Assembly (NCBI GenBank): GCA_026770705.1
Contig: JANJGN010000014.1
Location: forward strand, 77,252,001-77,316,000
Source of the DNA: Isurus oxyrinchus
Lineage: Eukaryota
Direction of reading: 5' to 3'
Length of the DNA: 64,000 nt
A model generated the notes under the pieces. The model ran no database searches and was not told the origin of the DNA. It saw nothing but the letters and a program-made list of their open reading frames with translations. Each line of letters begins with the position of its first letter. The first letter of the stretch is position 1. Of the stretch, positions 37,893 to 50,239 are shown in pieces. Both the position numbers and the translations under genes were made by a program.

Positions 37893-40384
37893 TTGTTCTT
37901 CTGCGCCGATGCTGCCAGACCTGCTGAGTTTTTCCAGGTAATTCTGTTTTTGTTTTGGATTTCCAGCATCCGCAGTTTTTTTTAATATCAAAACATTGGT
38001 GGGAGATGTTTACAGACCACCAAGCTATATTGGTAATGGGCAAACCTAATTAGCACTAATGTTGTGGAGGATGAATTCCTGGAGTTTGCATGTGACGGGT
38101 TTCTGGAGCAGTACCAGAACCAACTAGAGATTGGGCTATTTTTAATTTAGTATTATGTAATGAGAAAGGGCTGTTCAATAGCTTTGCTGTAAAGGAGCCT
38201 TTAGGAAATAGTTACTATAATATGATAGAGTTTTATATTAAGTTTCAAAGTTATATAGTTCATTCTGAAACTAGGGTTCTATACCTGAACAAGTAAAATT
38301 ATGAAGTTATGAGTGGCAAGTTGGCTATGGTGGATTGGGAAAATGTATTAAAAGATTTGATAGTTGACCAGCAATGGCCAGTATTTTTTAAAAGTATTAC
38401 ATGGTCTACAGCAGATATACATTCTTCTAAGACACAAAAACCCAACAGGTGAATCAACTGTGGCTAACAAAAGAAGTTAAAGATTACATTAGATCAAAGG
38501 AAGTGGCTTATCAAATTGCAAGAAAAAATGGTAAACCTGAGGATTGGGAGTAATTTAGAAACCAGCAAAGGAGGACCAAGAAACTGATTAAGGGAAACGG
38601 GAATATGAATGCAAGCTAGCAAGTAACGTAAAGGTGGACTGTGAAAGCTTCTTTAGGTATGTGAAAAGGAGAAGATTAGCAAGACCAAATGTGGATCCAT
38701 TACAGGAGACAGGAGAATTTAAAATGGAGAATAGGGAAATGGTGGAGAAACTAAACAATTATTTGTGCCTGTCTTCACAGAGGATGATCCAAAAAAATCT
38801 CCCAGAAATACTAGGGAACCAAGGGATTTGTGAAAATGAGGAACTGAAAGAAATTAGTATTAATAAAGAGTTAGCACTCTAAAAATTAATTGGATTGAAG
38901 GTTGGCAAATCCCTTGAACCTGCTGAGCTACATCCCAGAATATTTAAGGAGGTGGCTATGGAGATAGAGGATGCATTGGTAGTTATTTTTCAAAGTTCTA
39001 TAAATTCTGGAAAATTTCCTGCAGACTGGAAAGTAACTAGAAACAGAGAACCACAAATCTGTTAGTTTGACGTCAGTAATAGGGTAAATGTTAGAACCTA
39101 GTATAAAGGATGTGATAACTGGACACTTTGAAAATAATATGATTGGGCAGAGTCATCATGGATTTATGAAAGGGACATCATGATTGACAAACCTATTAGA
39201 GTTTTTTGAGAATGTTACTTGTAGCATACATAAAGGAGAACCTATAGTGTATTTGGATTTTCAAATGGCTTTCAATAAGGTCCAACACAGGAGATTAATA
39301 AACAAAATTAGAGCGTGTGGGATTGGGGTAATGAACTCTATGGATTAAGAATTGGTTAACGGATAGAAAACAGAGAGTAGGAAGAAATGGGTCATTATCA
39401 GGACGGCAGGCTGTTATTAGTGGGATACTGCAAAGATCAATTCTTGGGCCACAGCTATTCATGATCTATGTAAATGATTTGGATGCGGGGACCAAATGTA
39501 AAATTTGCTGATGACACACAACTAGGTGGGAATGTGAGTTGTGAGGAGGATGCAAGGAGGCTTCAAGGGGATTTGGACAGGCTAAGTGAGTAGACAAGAA
39601 CATGGCAGATGGAATGTACTGTGAATAAATGTGATGTTTGATAAAGCAGAAAGGCAGAGTATTTCTTAAATGGCGAGAGGTTGGGAAGTATTGATGTCCT
39701 TATTCATGAGTCACTAAAAGCTAGCAAGCAGGTGCAGCAAGCAATAAGGAAGGCAAATTATATGTTGGCCTTCATTGCAAGGGTATTGGAGTACAGGAGT
39801 AAAGATGCCTTGCTGCAATTGTATAGAGCCTTAGTGAGACCACACTTAGACCAATGTGTACAGCTTTGGTCTCCTTATCTAAGAAAGGATGTACTTGGCA
39901 TGGAGGGAATGCCATGGAGCTTCACCAGACTCCCCTATGGAATGCCGGGATTGTCTTATGAGGAGAGATTGAGGAACCTGGGCCTGTATTCCCTACTGTT
40001 TCGAAGATGAGAGATGATCTCATTGGAACTTACAGAATTATTATAGGGCATTTTCTCCTGGCTGGTGAGTCTAGAAGCAGAGGACAAAGTCTTAGGATAA
40101 GGGGTAAGCCACTTAAGACTCAGATGAGGAGGAATTTCTTCACTCAGATGGTGGTGAATCTTTGGAATTCTCTGCTGCAGAGGGCTATGGAAGTTCAATC
40201 ATTGAGCATTTTCAAGACAGAAATCGATAGATTTCTGGATACCAATGACATCAAGGGATATGGGGATAGTGGGGAAAAATGGCATAAAGGTAGATGATCA
40301 GCCATGATCTGTTTGAATGGCAGAGCAGGCTCGATGGGCCAAATGGCCTCCTCCTGCTCCTATTTATTATGTTCCAATGTATTT

Positions 40385-40700
40385 TGTCCCAGCGACAGTG
40401 AAGGAATAGCAATATATTTCCAAGTCAGGATGATGTATGCCTTGAAGGAAAAATTGTAGGTGGTGATGTTTCCACCTGCCTGCTGCCCTAGTTCCTCTGT
40501 GTGGTAGAGGTTGCAGGTTTGGAAGGTCCTGTCGAAGGAGGCTCGATGAGTTGCAACAGTACATCTTGTAGATAGTACACATTGTTGCCACTGTGCATTG
40601 GTGGTGGAGGAAGTGAATGTTTATGGTGGGGATGCAGTGTTAGTCAAGTGGGCTGTTTTGTCCTGAATATTGTCAAGCTTCTTTCGTGTTGTCTGAACTG
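40385..40700 (-). mobile_element. CR1-group LINE 3' fragment (family of 32452-34510)
   Basis: Reverse complement resembles 33830-33990 joined to 34219-34310. Confidence 0.75.
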
Positions 40701-41372
40701 TCTTGTATACCGCTAAGATAATCTTAGACATCTTGCTTCCTGGCTAAAAAGCATAGGTTTCTCCAACCTTCCCTCATTGCTCAGACCATTGACACTAAGA
40801 ATCAGCCTCATAGCCTTTGCATCTTAGCAACCAGAATGTGATGCAATACTCAGGTGATGTCTGACTAGAGCATTTACAATTTAGTCACAGCTTCGTCTGA
40901 CATATTCAATTGCTTTAGCCACGTAGCTCAATACTTTATTGGCTTTGTAGATTGCTGCTTTGTATTAGTGGAATGTGATGAATGTTGAGGTTATTAAGGG
41001 TTCCAGGTATCTTGCTTCATTTTCACTTTTTCAGTACTATTCTTGCATGTATACCATTCACTTATTTTCCATTAAATTTCATTTGGCAGTGTTTTCGCCA
41101 GCTACCCAATATGTCTAGCTCATGTGGATTTCTGAACTGCATCCATCTTTTTCACTGTATTGCCCCTATAAATACTTAAATGAAGTAATCATTCAAAATA
41201 ATTTGTTGTTTTTTCAGCTTCATTTTCATGATCATTTTTTCATCTTTTAGGGTTTTCATCTCTTTGACTGGACATTTTCTGTTGACAAATGGAAAAGATT
41301 TTTATCTTTACTGTTTAGCCTCTGCTATTCTGAAATTATTTTAATGCAATCACAGAACTTGCTTCTCTTTGT

Positions 41373-42400
41373 TGTTGTGATCTGATTAGGAATCAGTAAC
41401 TTTTTGTTTGAAGTAGGTGAGGTTTGAATTCGCAGTTACCCACTGGTAGAATAAAGCCACACAATTCCATGGTTTTAACAAACAAAATAAACTTTGTATA
41501 CAAAATTAGCGGAGTAAAATAATCTATAATATCTACCTTATACTCTAACATTCAGAATTGACATGACATAAATATGAATTAACAGGCAAACTGTGGTCAA
41601 CCACACTGCACATTAAATGGCAGATGCAGCCAACACAGATCTCATGGATTTCTCAGCAACCCACCCAGACGTCAGTATCCACTGTGAGTCATAAGATCTC
41701 ATTAAAACCCTGCCTCCTTCACGAGGGATTTCAACTCTTCCCTTTCGAAGATCTGAATTCCCACAAAAACTGCTCTGACTTGGATTGCCTCAATTACTGC
41801 TAACCTCCCAATGTCAGTCTCTTACCCTGAGATTGCGTTCCACGGGATTCACAAAGCTGCACTCCTGCCTCTAATTACTAGCACAATTTCAGCTCTTTTG
41901 CAGATTGCTAGCTTAACTTAGCTGGCACTGCCCTGGTTTTCTCTGAACTCCAGTCTCTGGCTGCACCAAGCTAGAAATGGTTCCCAGGGCTTCTCTGAGT
42001 CCTGTTTACAACATGTAAACAACGACCTTCCTCTGCCTTTTCAGATGCCCAGGACTTCTCCTGAAGTCTAACTGCAGGGAACAGCTCCCAAGGCTTCTCT
42101 GTGAGCTGCAACTAACACTGTACTGAACAGCCCCCCTGGTTTTTTAGAGCCTTAACTGCCTGGATCCTGTTAACAGCAGCATCCTTTCATAATCCAACTT
42201 CTTTCCCTGCTGCTTAACATTCAGATAATTTGAAACCAGAAAACCTGGTTAAGCTGCACCCATCTCCATGACACTGTGGCCTTTCAGGGTGCAGTGGATG
42301 CTTCTAAACTAATTTAGCTCTAACCTCCTAAACAAAACATCTCTCTGGACTGCACTTTCTTGCAAGCAGTGTAGTCATCATGTCTCCAATTCTCCAGCTA
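41373..42400 (-). mobile_element. Solo-LTR-like element, diverged
   Basis: Starts TGTTGTGATC like 24632; internal similarity to 24900-25110; right boundary uncertain. Confidence 0.6.
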
Positions 42401-42404
42401 AGTG

Positions 42405-44574
42405 GTGTTACTCACCACTTAGCAGCCTAAGCCTGAATGTTGTCCAAGTCTTGCATATGGGCACAGACTGCTTCAGTATCTGAGGAGTCATGAATGGAGC
42501 TGAACATTGTGCAATCATCAGCAAATATCCCCACTTCTGACCTTATGACGGACGGAAGGCGATTGATGAAGCAGTTGAAGATGTTTGGGCCTTGGGCACT
42601 ACCCTGAGGAACTCCTGCAATGGTGTTCTCGGACTGAGATGATTGACCTTCAACAGCCACAACCACCTTCCTTTGCAGTCGGTATGACTTCACCCAGTGT
42701 CAAGTGTTCCCCCTGATTCCTATTGAGTCCAGTTTTCATAGGGCACCTTAAAGTTACACGCGGTCAAATGCTGCCTTGATGTCAAGGACAGTCACTCTCA
42801 CCTCACCTTAAGTTCAGCTATTTTGCCCATGTTTGGACTAAGGCTATAATGAGGTCAGGACCTGAATGGCCCTGGTGGAATCCAAACTGAGCAGGAGTGA
42901 GTAGGTTGTTTCCACTTGATAGCACTGCGACCACCCCTTCCGTCATTTTACTGATGATCAAGAGTAGTTTGCTGGGGCAGTAATTGGCTGGGTTGGATTT
43001 GTCCTGCTTTTTGTGGACAGGACGTAGTAGGCAGTTCTCCACATTGCCAGGTAGATGCCAGTGTTGTAGCTGTACTGGAACAGCTTGGCTAAGAGCGCAG
43101 TTAGTTCTGGAGCACAAGTCTTCAGCACTATTGCTGGAATGTTGTCAGGACCCATAGCCTTTGCAGTATCTTCAGAATCACGTGGAGTGAATCGAATTGG
43201 CTGAAGACTGGCATCTGTGATGCTGGGAACCTCGGGAGAAGGCCGAAATGGATCATCCGCTCAACACTTCTGGCTGAAGATGGTTGCAAATGCTTTAGCC
43301 TTGTCTTTTGCACTGATGTTCTGGGCTTCCCCATCATTGAGGATGGGGATATTTGTGGAGCAGCCTCCTCCAGTTAGTTGTTTAATTGTCCACCATCATT
43401 CACGACTGGATGTCGCAGGACTGCAGAGCTTAGATCTGATCTGTTGGTTATGAGATCACTTAGCTCTGTCTAGCACATGCTTTCGCTGTTTGGCACGCTA
43501 GTGTTGCAGTATTGCCAAGTTGACACCTCATTTTAGGTATGCCTGGCTTGCCCTTCTGCACTCTTCATTGAACCAGGGTTGCTAGATCTATTCAAAATCA
43601 ATCCCATTTAGCACGGTGCTATTGCCACACAACACAATGGAGGATATCTTCCATGAGAAGACAGGACTTAGTTTTCACAAGGACTGTGCGGTGGTCACTC
43701 CTACCAATACTGCACTGGACAGTTACATCTGCAACAGGCAGATTGGTGAGGATGAGATCAAGTAAGTTTTTCCCTCTTGTTGGTTCCCTCACCACCTGCC
43801 ACAGGCCCAGTCTAGCAGCTATGTCCTTTAGGACAGCCAGCTTGGTCAATAGTGGTGCTACTGAGCCATTCTTGGTGACGGACAAAGTTGTTCCCCACCA
43901 GAGTATATTCTGTGCCCTAGCCATCCTCAGTGCTTCCTCCTAGCGGTGTTCAACATGGAGGAGAACTGATTCATCAGCTCTGGGGAGGCAGTACATGCTA
44001 ATCAATAGGAGATTTTCTTGCCCATGTTTGACCTGATGCCAGTAAACTTCATGGGGCCCAGAGTCAATATTGAGAACTCCCACCCAACTGTACACCACTA
44101 TGCCATCACCAGGGATGGTGACGCCTGGGACATTGTGAGGTATGATTCCATGAGTATGACAATGGCAGTCTGCTTGACCAGTTTGTGGGACAACTCTCCC
44201 AACTTTAGCACAAGCCCCCAGATGTTACTAAGGAGGACTTTGCAGGATCGACAGGGTTGTGTTTACCATTATCATTCCCAGTGCCTAGATCAATGCCGGG
44301 AGATTCTTTTTGTAGGCCTCGGAACGATTTCATACAACTGAGTGGCTTGCTAGGGCATTTCAGAATCAACCACATTGCTATAGATCTGGGGTCATGTGTA
44401 GGCCAGACCAGGTAAGGATGGCAGATTTCTTTCCCTAAAGGGCATTAGTGAAACAGATGGGTTTTTACGACAATTGACAATAGTTTCATGGCCACTATTA
44501 CCAAGATTACTTTCCCGTCTCCCCAGAGTATTGGTCTGGGCCTCTGGATTACTAATCTGGTAACATTACCACTA
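42405..44574 (-). mobile_element. CR1-group LINE with tRNA-like 5' head, APE and RT, no visible ORF1; 3' end missing
   Basis: EPTRGKNLLDLILTNL..SDH (APE); GPDNIPAIVLKTCAPEL; GVPQGS..FADD (RT); 5' 240 nt homologous to the SINE head at 29061-29385. Confidence 0.85.
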
Positions 44575-44861
44575 TCCTTGGTCTTCTCCTGGCAGCTGGA
44601 TCAGTGGAAATATCAACTGGAGACATCATTAAAATGAGGGATATAAAAGAGAAATTTTGAGCCCTCACAGATGAAATCGCCATTTCTTTCTTCTCTCACC
44701 CACCAAAAGTTATTAATTTATCTGCTTTCAATACTGAAGTAGAGTAAACTTCCTATCTGTTTTACATATGTACTACATATGTACTACAGAGCTACGATTA
44801 ATTAAAACATATATTTCATATTGTATTTCTCTATACTTGATGTTTTTTCTTTTATTTACAG

Positions 44862-44979
44862 ACGTGGCAAACCACTGTACCTGTGCAACGAACGCTATAA
44901 AGTTTTGGAGCATCAATGGGTGACACACACCTTTGATCACATCAATAAAAGATGGGGGCCACATTACAATGGATTATAG
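44862..44979 (+). CDS. UBR3: UBR3 last coding exon, with stop codon
   Basis: Strong tract ttttttcttttatttacag|; phase 2 completes AG|A; (R)RGKPLYLCNERYKVLEHQWVTHTFDHINKRWGPHYNGL-TAG. Confidence 0.97.
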
Positions 44980-47342
44980 CTGACTTACACATCTTTCCTG
45001 AAACATGGTCATCAAGAAGCTTTAGTTCATACAAATGTTATGGAGTTTATTTTTAAAAGTAGCCATTTTATTAAAAAACAATCCACAAAATCTTTATTCT
45101 GCATATGCAAAGGTGCTATTAATATCACTTTTATGGCAGTGTGAAAAATCCCAGCAAACCTAAAAGCCTGTGTCTAGAAGTGGGCTAAAATATCTTCTAT
45201 AAAGTAAAGAGCCTATTATTTATTAGTCATATTGAAGCAATTGTAGCAATGTATGAGTACAAAAAAGCACAATTTGAATTCATATGTGTCCCTCATTAAA
45301 ATAGATGTAATGTTTATAGTCTTTGGCCAAGACAGATGCAGTGTGTCATCTTTGAAGGGTTGGTTGCTGATTCTCTTTCCTTAGTAAGAGTACTCATCTG
45401 TAGGAGGGTAAAACCTGATCATATACACTTTATAACGGTACACTATTTAGAAAAATCTTTATTTGAAGCCTGTTGCATCTGTTATGACATTTTTTCTGAT
45501 AAGTCTGTGCTGAGTTTTTCCTTAGTTTTGAGAGGCTTTGATTTATAACTCTGGCCATAATAATTCTTACTAAGTTTACTGTAACTTGCCCAGTTTACTT
45601 AAAACAATTATACAAGAGAAGGCTTCAATTTGTAGAAACTTCTGAATTTAAAAAAAATTAGGCTGTAAAACGTTCAGTCTCAGGAAATTTTGTTTCTTAT
45701 TTTGTTAAAGGTAACTGAGCAAAATAAATATTTGGAACTGACAGCTGCTAATAACAGAACAAATACCTTTTTTAACCAATTGCTTATTTGGGAGCCTAGC
45801 TTTATGCTTTGCAAGTTTCTAAGCACCTTATGGAGATAGTGTGTTTACTAAGTTTGGTCACCATATCAAACTAAGAATATTCTAATTACAGATGTGCAAC
45901 CTTGACACTGTGGTATGTTATGCAATGATTAGACCTGAAGTACATAGGCCCTCCCTATCGCAAATTTCTGTTTCAGATAACCACTGTCAACTCTAGGTTT
46001 AATTGTATTGTAGTTGTGCAGTGTACCATTTCTATCTAATATACTAAACAGTAAAAATTCAGATCATTGTGGGAAATGAGCAGTCCTAAGGATCTGCACA
46101 GCTGAAGCGCAGGTGAGATTCTGAATTTAACTTCAAGATGGTGTGGACGCTTCTCATGTTGTCTTTTCATTATAGAAATATCAGTGATTTTGGTGATCTG
46201 AAATCTAGCTTTTTGTTTACTTTTTCCTTTTTTTAAATTCAGCAGACTTTAGCAAATAATATACAGCTTTTGACTTAAGTATAGCTGGTCTAGACATTTC
46301 TAAATGTCTAGTTACAAAGCTGTATGAAATAAGTTTGGTTCTGTTTTTGGTTTTCAGTCATATTTATACCTGATGTAAAGGCACACAGACCTGTTAACAA
46401 AAGTTTATGTACACTAAATCACAAAAAAAATCTATGACACAGAATTTAATAAAATTACATTTTCAGGGAAGTAATTCATTAAATGCTATAACTCATAAAT
46501 ACAGAAAAGAGAAGCATCACAAGATCAGTCCTATCAGAAGCATCATGGACTGGCTTGTGAGATTGTTTGCAATGATTGATCTTTGTAAAACATTGGGAGC
46601 TACTGAAAATTGATGTATAACAGCTAATCGGACATTTTGTTTCATTCAGATGCAATTTCTCACTTAAGTAATATTTTAAAATTCTATAAAAGTTTCATTA
46701 TTTAGTGGTTATACCATCATCTGACATGCAAAAATAATTGGCAGACTTAATAATGTCCAATGACAAATCTGTCAAGTGTCCTTTTTAGGAAAAAAAAGGA
46801 CCTGTAAGAGAGTGCGGTGCAGAATATAACTAATAAACAGCATTAAAGACTTAATCAGTTTAGCTACAGTATATGCTTATAAACCAGACAGCAGTGAGCA
46901 CAGGTGTATAATTGTACCTGCTAATGCTGTGAGTATGGTATGAATCATCCTAAGCTAATTTTAAACAGAGCATTCTTTATTGCTCTGACTCTTAAAGATG
47001 GTAATTGGCTTTTGTTTTATTTTTATTCCCATACTAGTGCAGTTTGATTGCCAGACATGCAGTTGATTTAAAAATGTACTTGAATTCGTGCATGCTGCTG
47101 AATTTTTATTTGTTTTCCTAAGTTTTCTAAGACCCACTATACAAATTAATATTTTCATGCAAAACAAGTGGTGTGTAATTTGAGATAGAAGTTGAGTGTT
47201 CACCAGTGTGTTACCCTGTATGAATGAATGTTAAATACAGTACATTACTGTAAAAGCTGAACATTTTCTGGCACATTGAAATTAAACTTTAGGATTAATC
47301 AAAATAAGACTGTAAAATATGTTAATAAAAATCTGTAAATCA
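44980..47342 (+). other. UBR3: UBR3 3'UTR (inferred extent)
   Basis: AT-rich stretch with no recognisable repeats, from the stop codon to the best poly(A) site; the end is inferred. Confidence 0.65.
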
Positions 47343-47356
47343 TGTGTGTCTTTTTT
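47324..47356 (+). terminator. Probable polyadenylation signal of UBR3
   Basis: AATAAA 47324-47329, CA at 47341-47342, downstream GU/U-rich tgtgtgtctttttt, upstream TGTA motifs. Confidence 0.65.
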
Positions 47357-48429
47357 AAAGCAAGATTTTCAGTAACGAACAACTTATTTGTCTGATATGG
47401 TAAAAATCGTAAGCAAAAGTTCATTTTTGGTACTGGATACTAATACAATGAATTTATTAACCCAAAAGTTTACTAATGGGCAACTTTTCTGTGTATTTGC
47501 TTCTGGCACTTGAAGCTGGAAACAAACAGATTTTAACTAGGAACACAATGGTCTTCTATAACTTAGGGACAAGTGTTCTCAAGTACTGCAACCTCTGAAA
47601 TTGCTCTGCGGAGTATTTCCTCAAACATTTATTTTTACATGCATTGGTTCAGGTTGAGAAATCCCTCTACTTCATTGACATCTGGAAACATTCAAATGCC
47701 CAAGCATAAAAATTTTAAAATCTTCATAACATCAATCCTTAAATGTGTACATTTCAATTCTTTACTTTCAGCTTTAAAAAAATGATCACCAAAGATGAGG
47801 TGTGTCAAAGCTGGCTGTTTAAATGTACATTAAATATGCACTGTTTTAGCAGATAATTGGGTGCCATCATACTCTTAAAGGAAAGTATACAGCTATGGCA
47901 CAGCAGATTGTAAATGCTGAGCTCAAATCCCAGAGGGAAACTTGAAACAACTGCATTAAGGCAACAGTAAAACAACATAGATTTCAACAGACCTAGGCAA
48001 AGCACACAATACCCTACCTGGACAGTAATATTTAAAATTAACTCTCTTAGCTTCGGTTCCTGGAAACAGCAGCTTGGTACATAGAGGCTGGAGGCTTTTC
48101 ACACTTGTTGGATCTTAGAATTCCTTCTCCCTTACACACAACCTCATCTCCTTTATACATGTTTCTCCCTTTTTAATGTAAATCCCATTGTTGCAATATG
48201 CCTTTACAACTTTACTTTTTCCAAAATATAAAACTTTCATAGTACTCATATTATCAGTAATCTTTGGGGAAAATAAACACATTGTTTGGCTCAGCCTCTG
48301 TTGGCTAGGTGTAACACCTTACCATCTCTTTGAAATTCACTACTCTGGTTTATGTAAAAGTACAAATGTTCTTCACACCTCCCATTCTAAAACTTCAACC
48401 ATGTTTATGTATTTAGCATTTCAAACTTA

Positions 48430-49008
48430 GGGGAGGATTTTTCCCTCGTCGGGTGGACTCGACTGGAGCAGCCGACCCACGATCGGGGCCAGACTGCAAT
48501 TTCACGCTGGCGGACCAATTAAGGCTCGCCCATCATGTGAGTGGGGCATGGAGGGCAAGTACAAACTTCAAATCCCCCTGAAGTACAGAGCTGCCTCAGG
48601 GAGATGAACAGTTTTCAAAATAAAAAATAAATGTTTATAAAATGTTATAAAACAAGTACCCTCATGTGACTCTCTCATGAGCAGGAACATGTTATTGATT
48701 AAATTTTAAAATTCTTATTTTTATTTGCAGTTGGAAATCTCATTCCATCCATGAAAGAGGTTCCCTAAAAAATGTAAAGGCCACTTGGCCTTTTTGCATG
48801 CCCGCAACCATAAGGTTGGACAGGCAGTGAAAATTTTCTTTTAATTACCGTTTTAATTGCCTTAATAGGCCTTTTAATTGTTGGTGGGTGTGCTGCCAAC
48901 TCCAGCGAGTGTGCGATAATGTCAGGACTCTCGCCCAACATCGCGCATCATTTTACGCTCAGTCAGTTCAGGCGCACACCCGCCCAACAAGCTAAAAATT
49001 CTCCCCCC
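48430..49008. mobile_element. PIF/Harbinger-like MITE, copy 4
   Basis: GGGGAGGATTTT / AAAATTCTCCCC; flanked by TTA and TAA; colinear with 4722-5371. Confidence 0.8.
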
Positions 49009-50239
49009 TAAGTTTCCCTTCTGATACATCTAAGCACCCAGACTAGTTGTCTGCAATTCAATGAAATCCCCCCACCCCCAACACACACACACACACCCCT
49101 ATACACAGAAACTAATTCAAGCCCCGCTATTAACTTACCTTTACAATAAATTATAACAATATGAAAACTATTACATTTTCATGACAGTACTGTTAATGTA
49201 TTGGTACACATATATTCAGTTCACTAAAAATTGCCATTGTGAACTTGAACTTCACAAAGGTGCAGTGTCATCTGGCTGCGAACATCCAAGCTTGAAATAC
49301 TAAGAACCTAGAAAAGAGCGGCAAGTAGAAGTCTTTTTTGTGGCATGTTATTGTGTTGTCACAAAGATTACAAAATACAGATGAGGTGGCCTATTCTGCT
49401 TATTGGTTATCTTTCCACAGAAATGTATTCCCTAGATCACATATTTAATTGCTTTGTGACTGATATCAGAGTTTTTGCTTCCACTACCCTACCCAGAAGG
49501 TCATTCTAGGAATCAGTCATCCTTTGAGCACTCCTGAACTTGTAGTTTTCCTTGTGTGATGTTGAAGCAGAGACAACTTATCTTTATTCTAATGTCTTAA
49601 AGATAAAAAAAAATCTTGAAATGCTTCACACAAACAGAATCAGACAAAGATGAACAGAGGGTAAAATGGAAAAACTGGGAGGGAGTCCAAAAGCCTGATT
49701 AAAGATAAGTTTTAAGTAAAGTCATAAAGGAGGTGGGGAGGCAGATGGGTCAAAATTTTAAGGGCCACTTAGAAAGGAGGAGAGGGGGGCCATAAAAGAT
49801 GAACGGAATACGTTGGGCCAGGAGTGTAACATCTTTAAGCCGCTTTTGGATTTTTCCGATGGCAGAAAACACGGAGGGTGGATTTCGCATATCAATGCAG
49901 CATTAAGATGTTTAAAATGTCAATTAACTGGAGTTTTATGGTGAATTTCAGATTTTACTGATGGCACACTGGGACCACAGAGCTTCAGAGCATTGCCCAA
50001 TTAAAGGAAGCAGTAAGCAGTTGTGAGCTCAGGGTTGGCTCTCACAACCAACCATAACAGAGCCAGCGTGCTGTGCAAGGGTGAGTGGCACACAGAGGGC
50101 TAGCCACACAGTAGCAGAAAAGGGTAAAGTGCTACCAGGGTGCCAGACTTGCCACTGAGGAATGAATTAAGGAAGTGGGGGGGGGGGTGGGGGGGGCATC
50201 TGGATAGCAGGTCTTGGATGCAGAGAGAAGCCACCTGCC

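Larger units (their letters stand above)
35402..37990. mobile_element. Penelope-like element (Neptune-like) in tail-out inverted arrangement
   Basis: GIY-YIG ORF 35863-36192(-) NLVYCIRC..YIGETK..RFAEH..HFN..GLN; RT C-terminus LSVSISGDRLSTNIHYKP.DSHSYL; CxxxxCxxC-type linker; 14-bp TSD AAACATT(A/G)GTGGGA at 35388-35401 and 37991-38004. Confidence 0.93.
34895..40366 (+). mobile_element. CR1 LINE (end of ORF1 plus ORF2), decayed, interrupted by a Penelope element
   Basis: LRALYLNACSIHNK (APE start), VESIWVELRNRKG, RT remnants, LYRALVRPHL, and CR1 3' tail. Confidence 0.9.
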
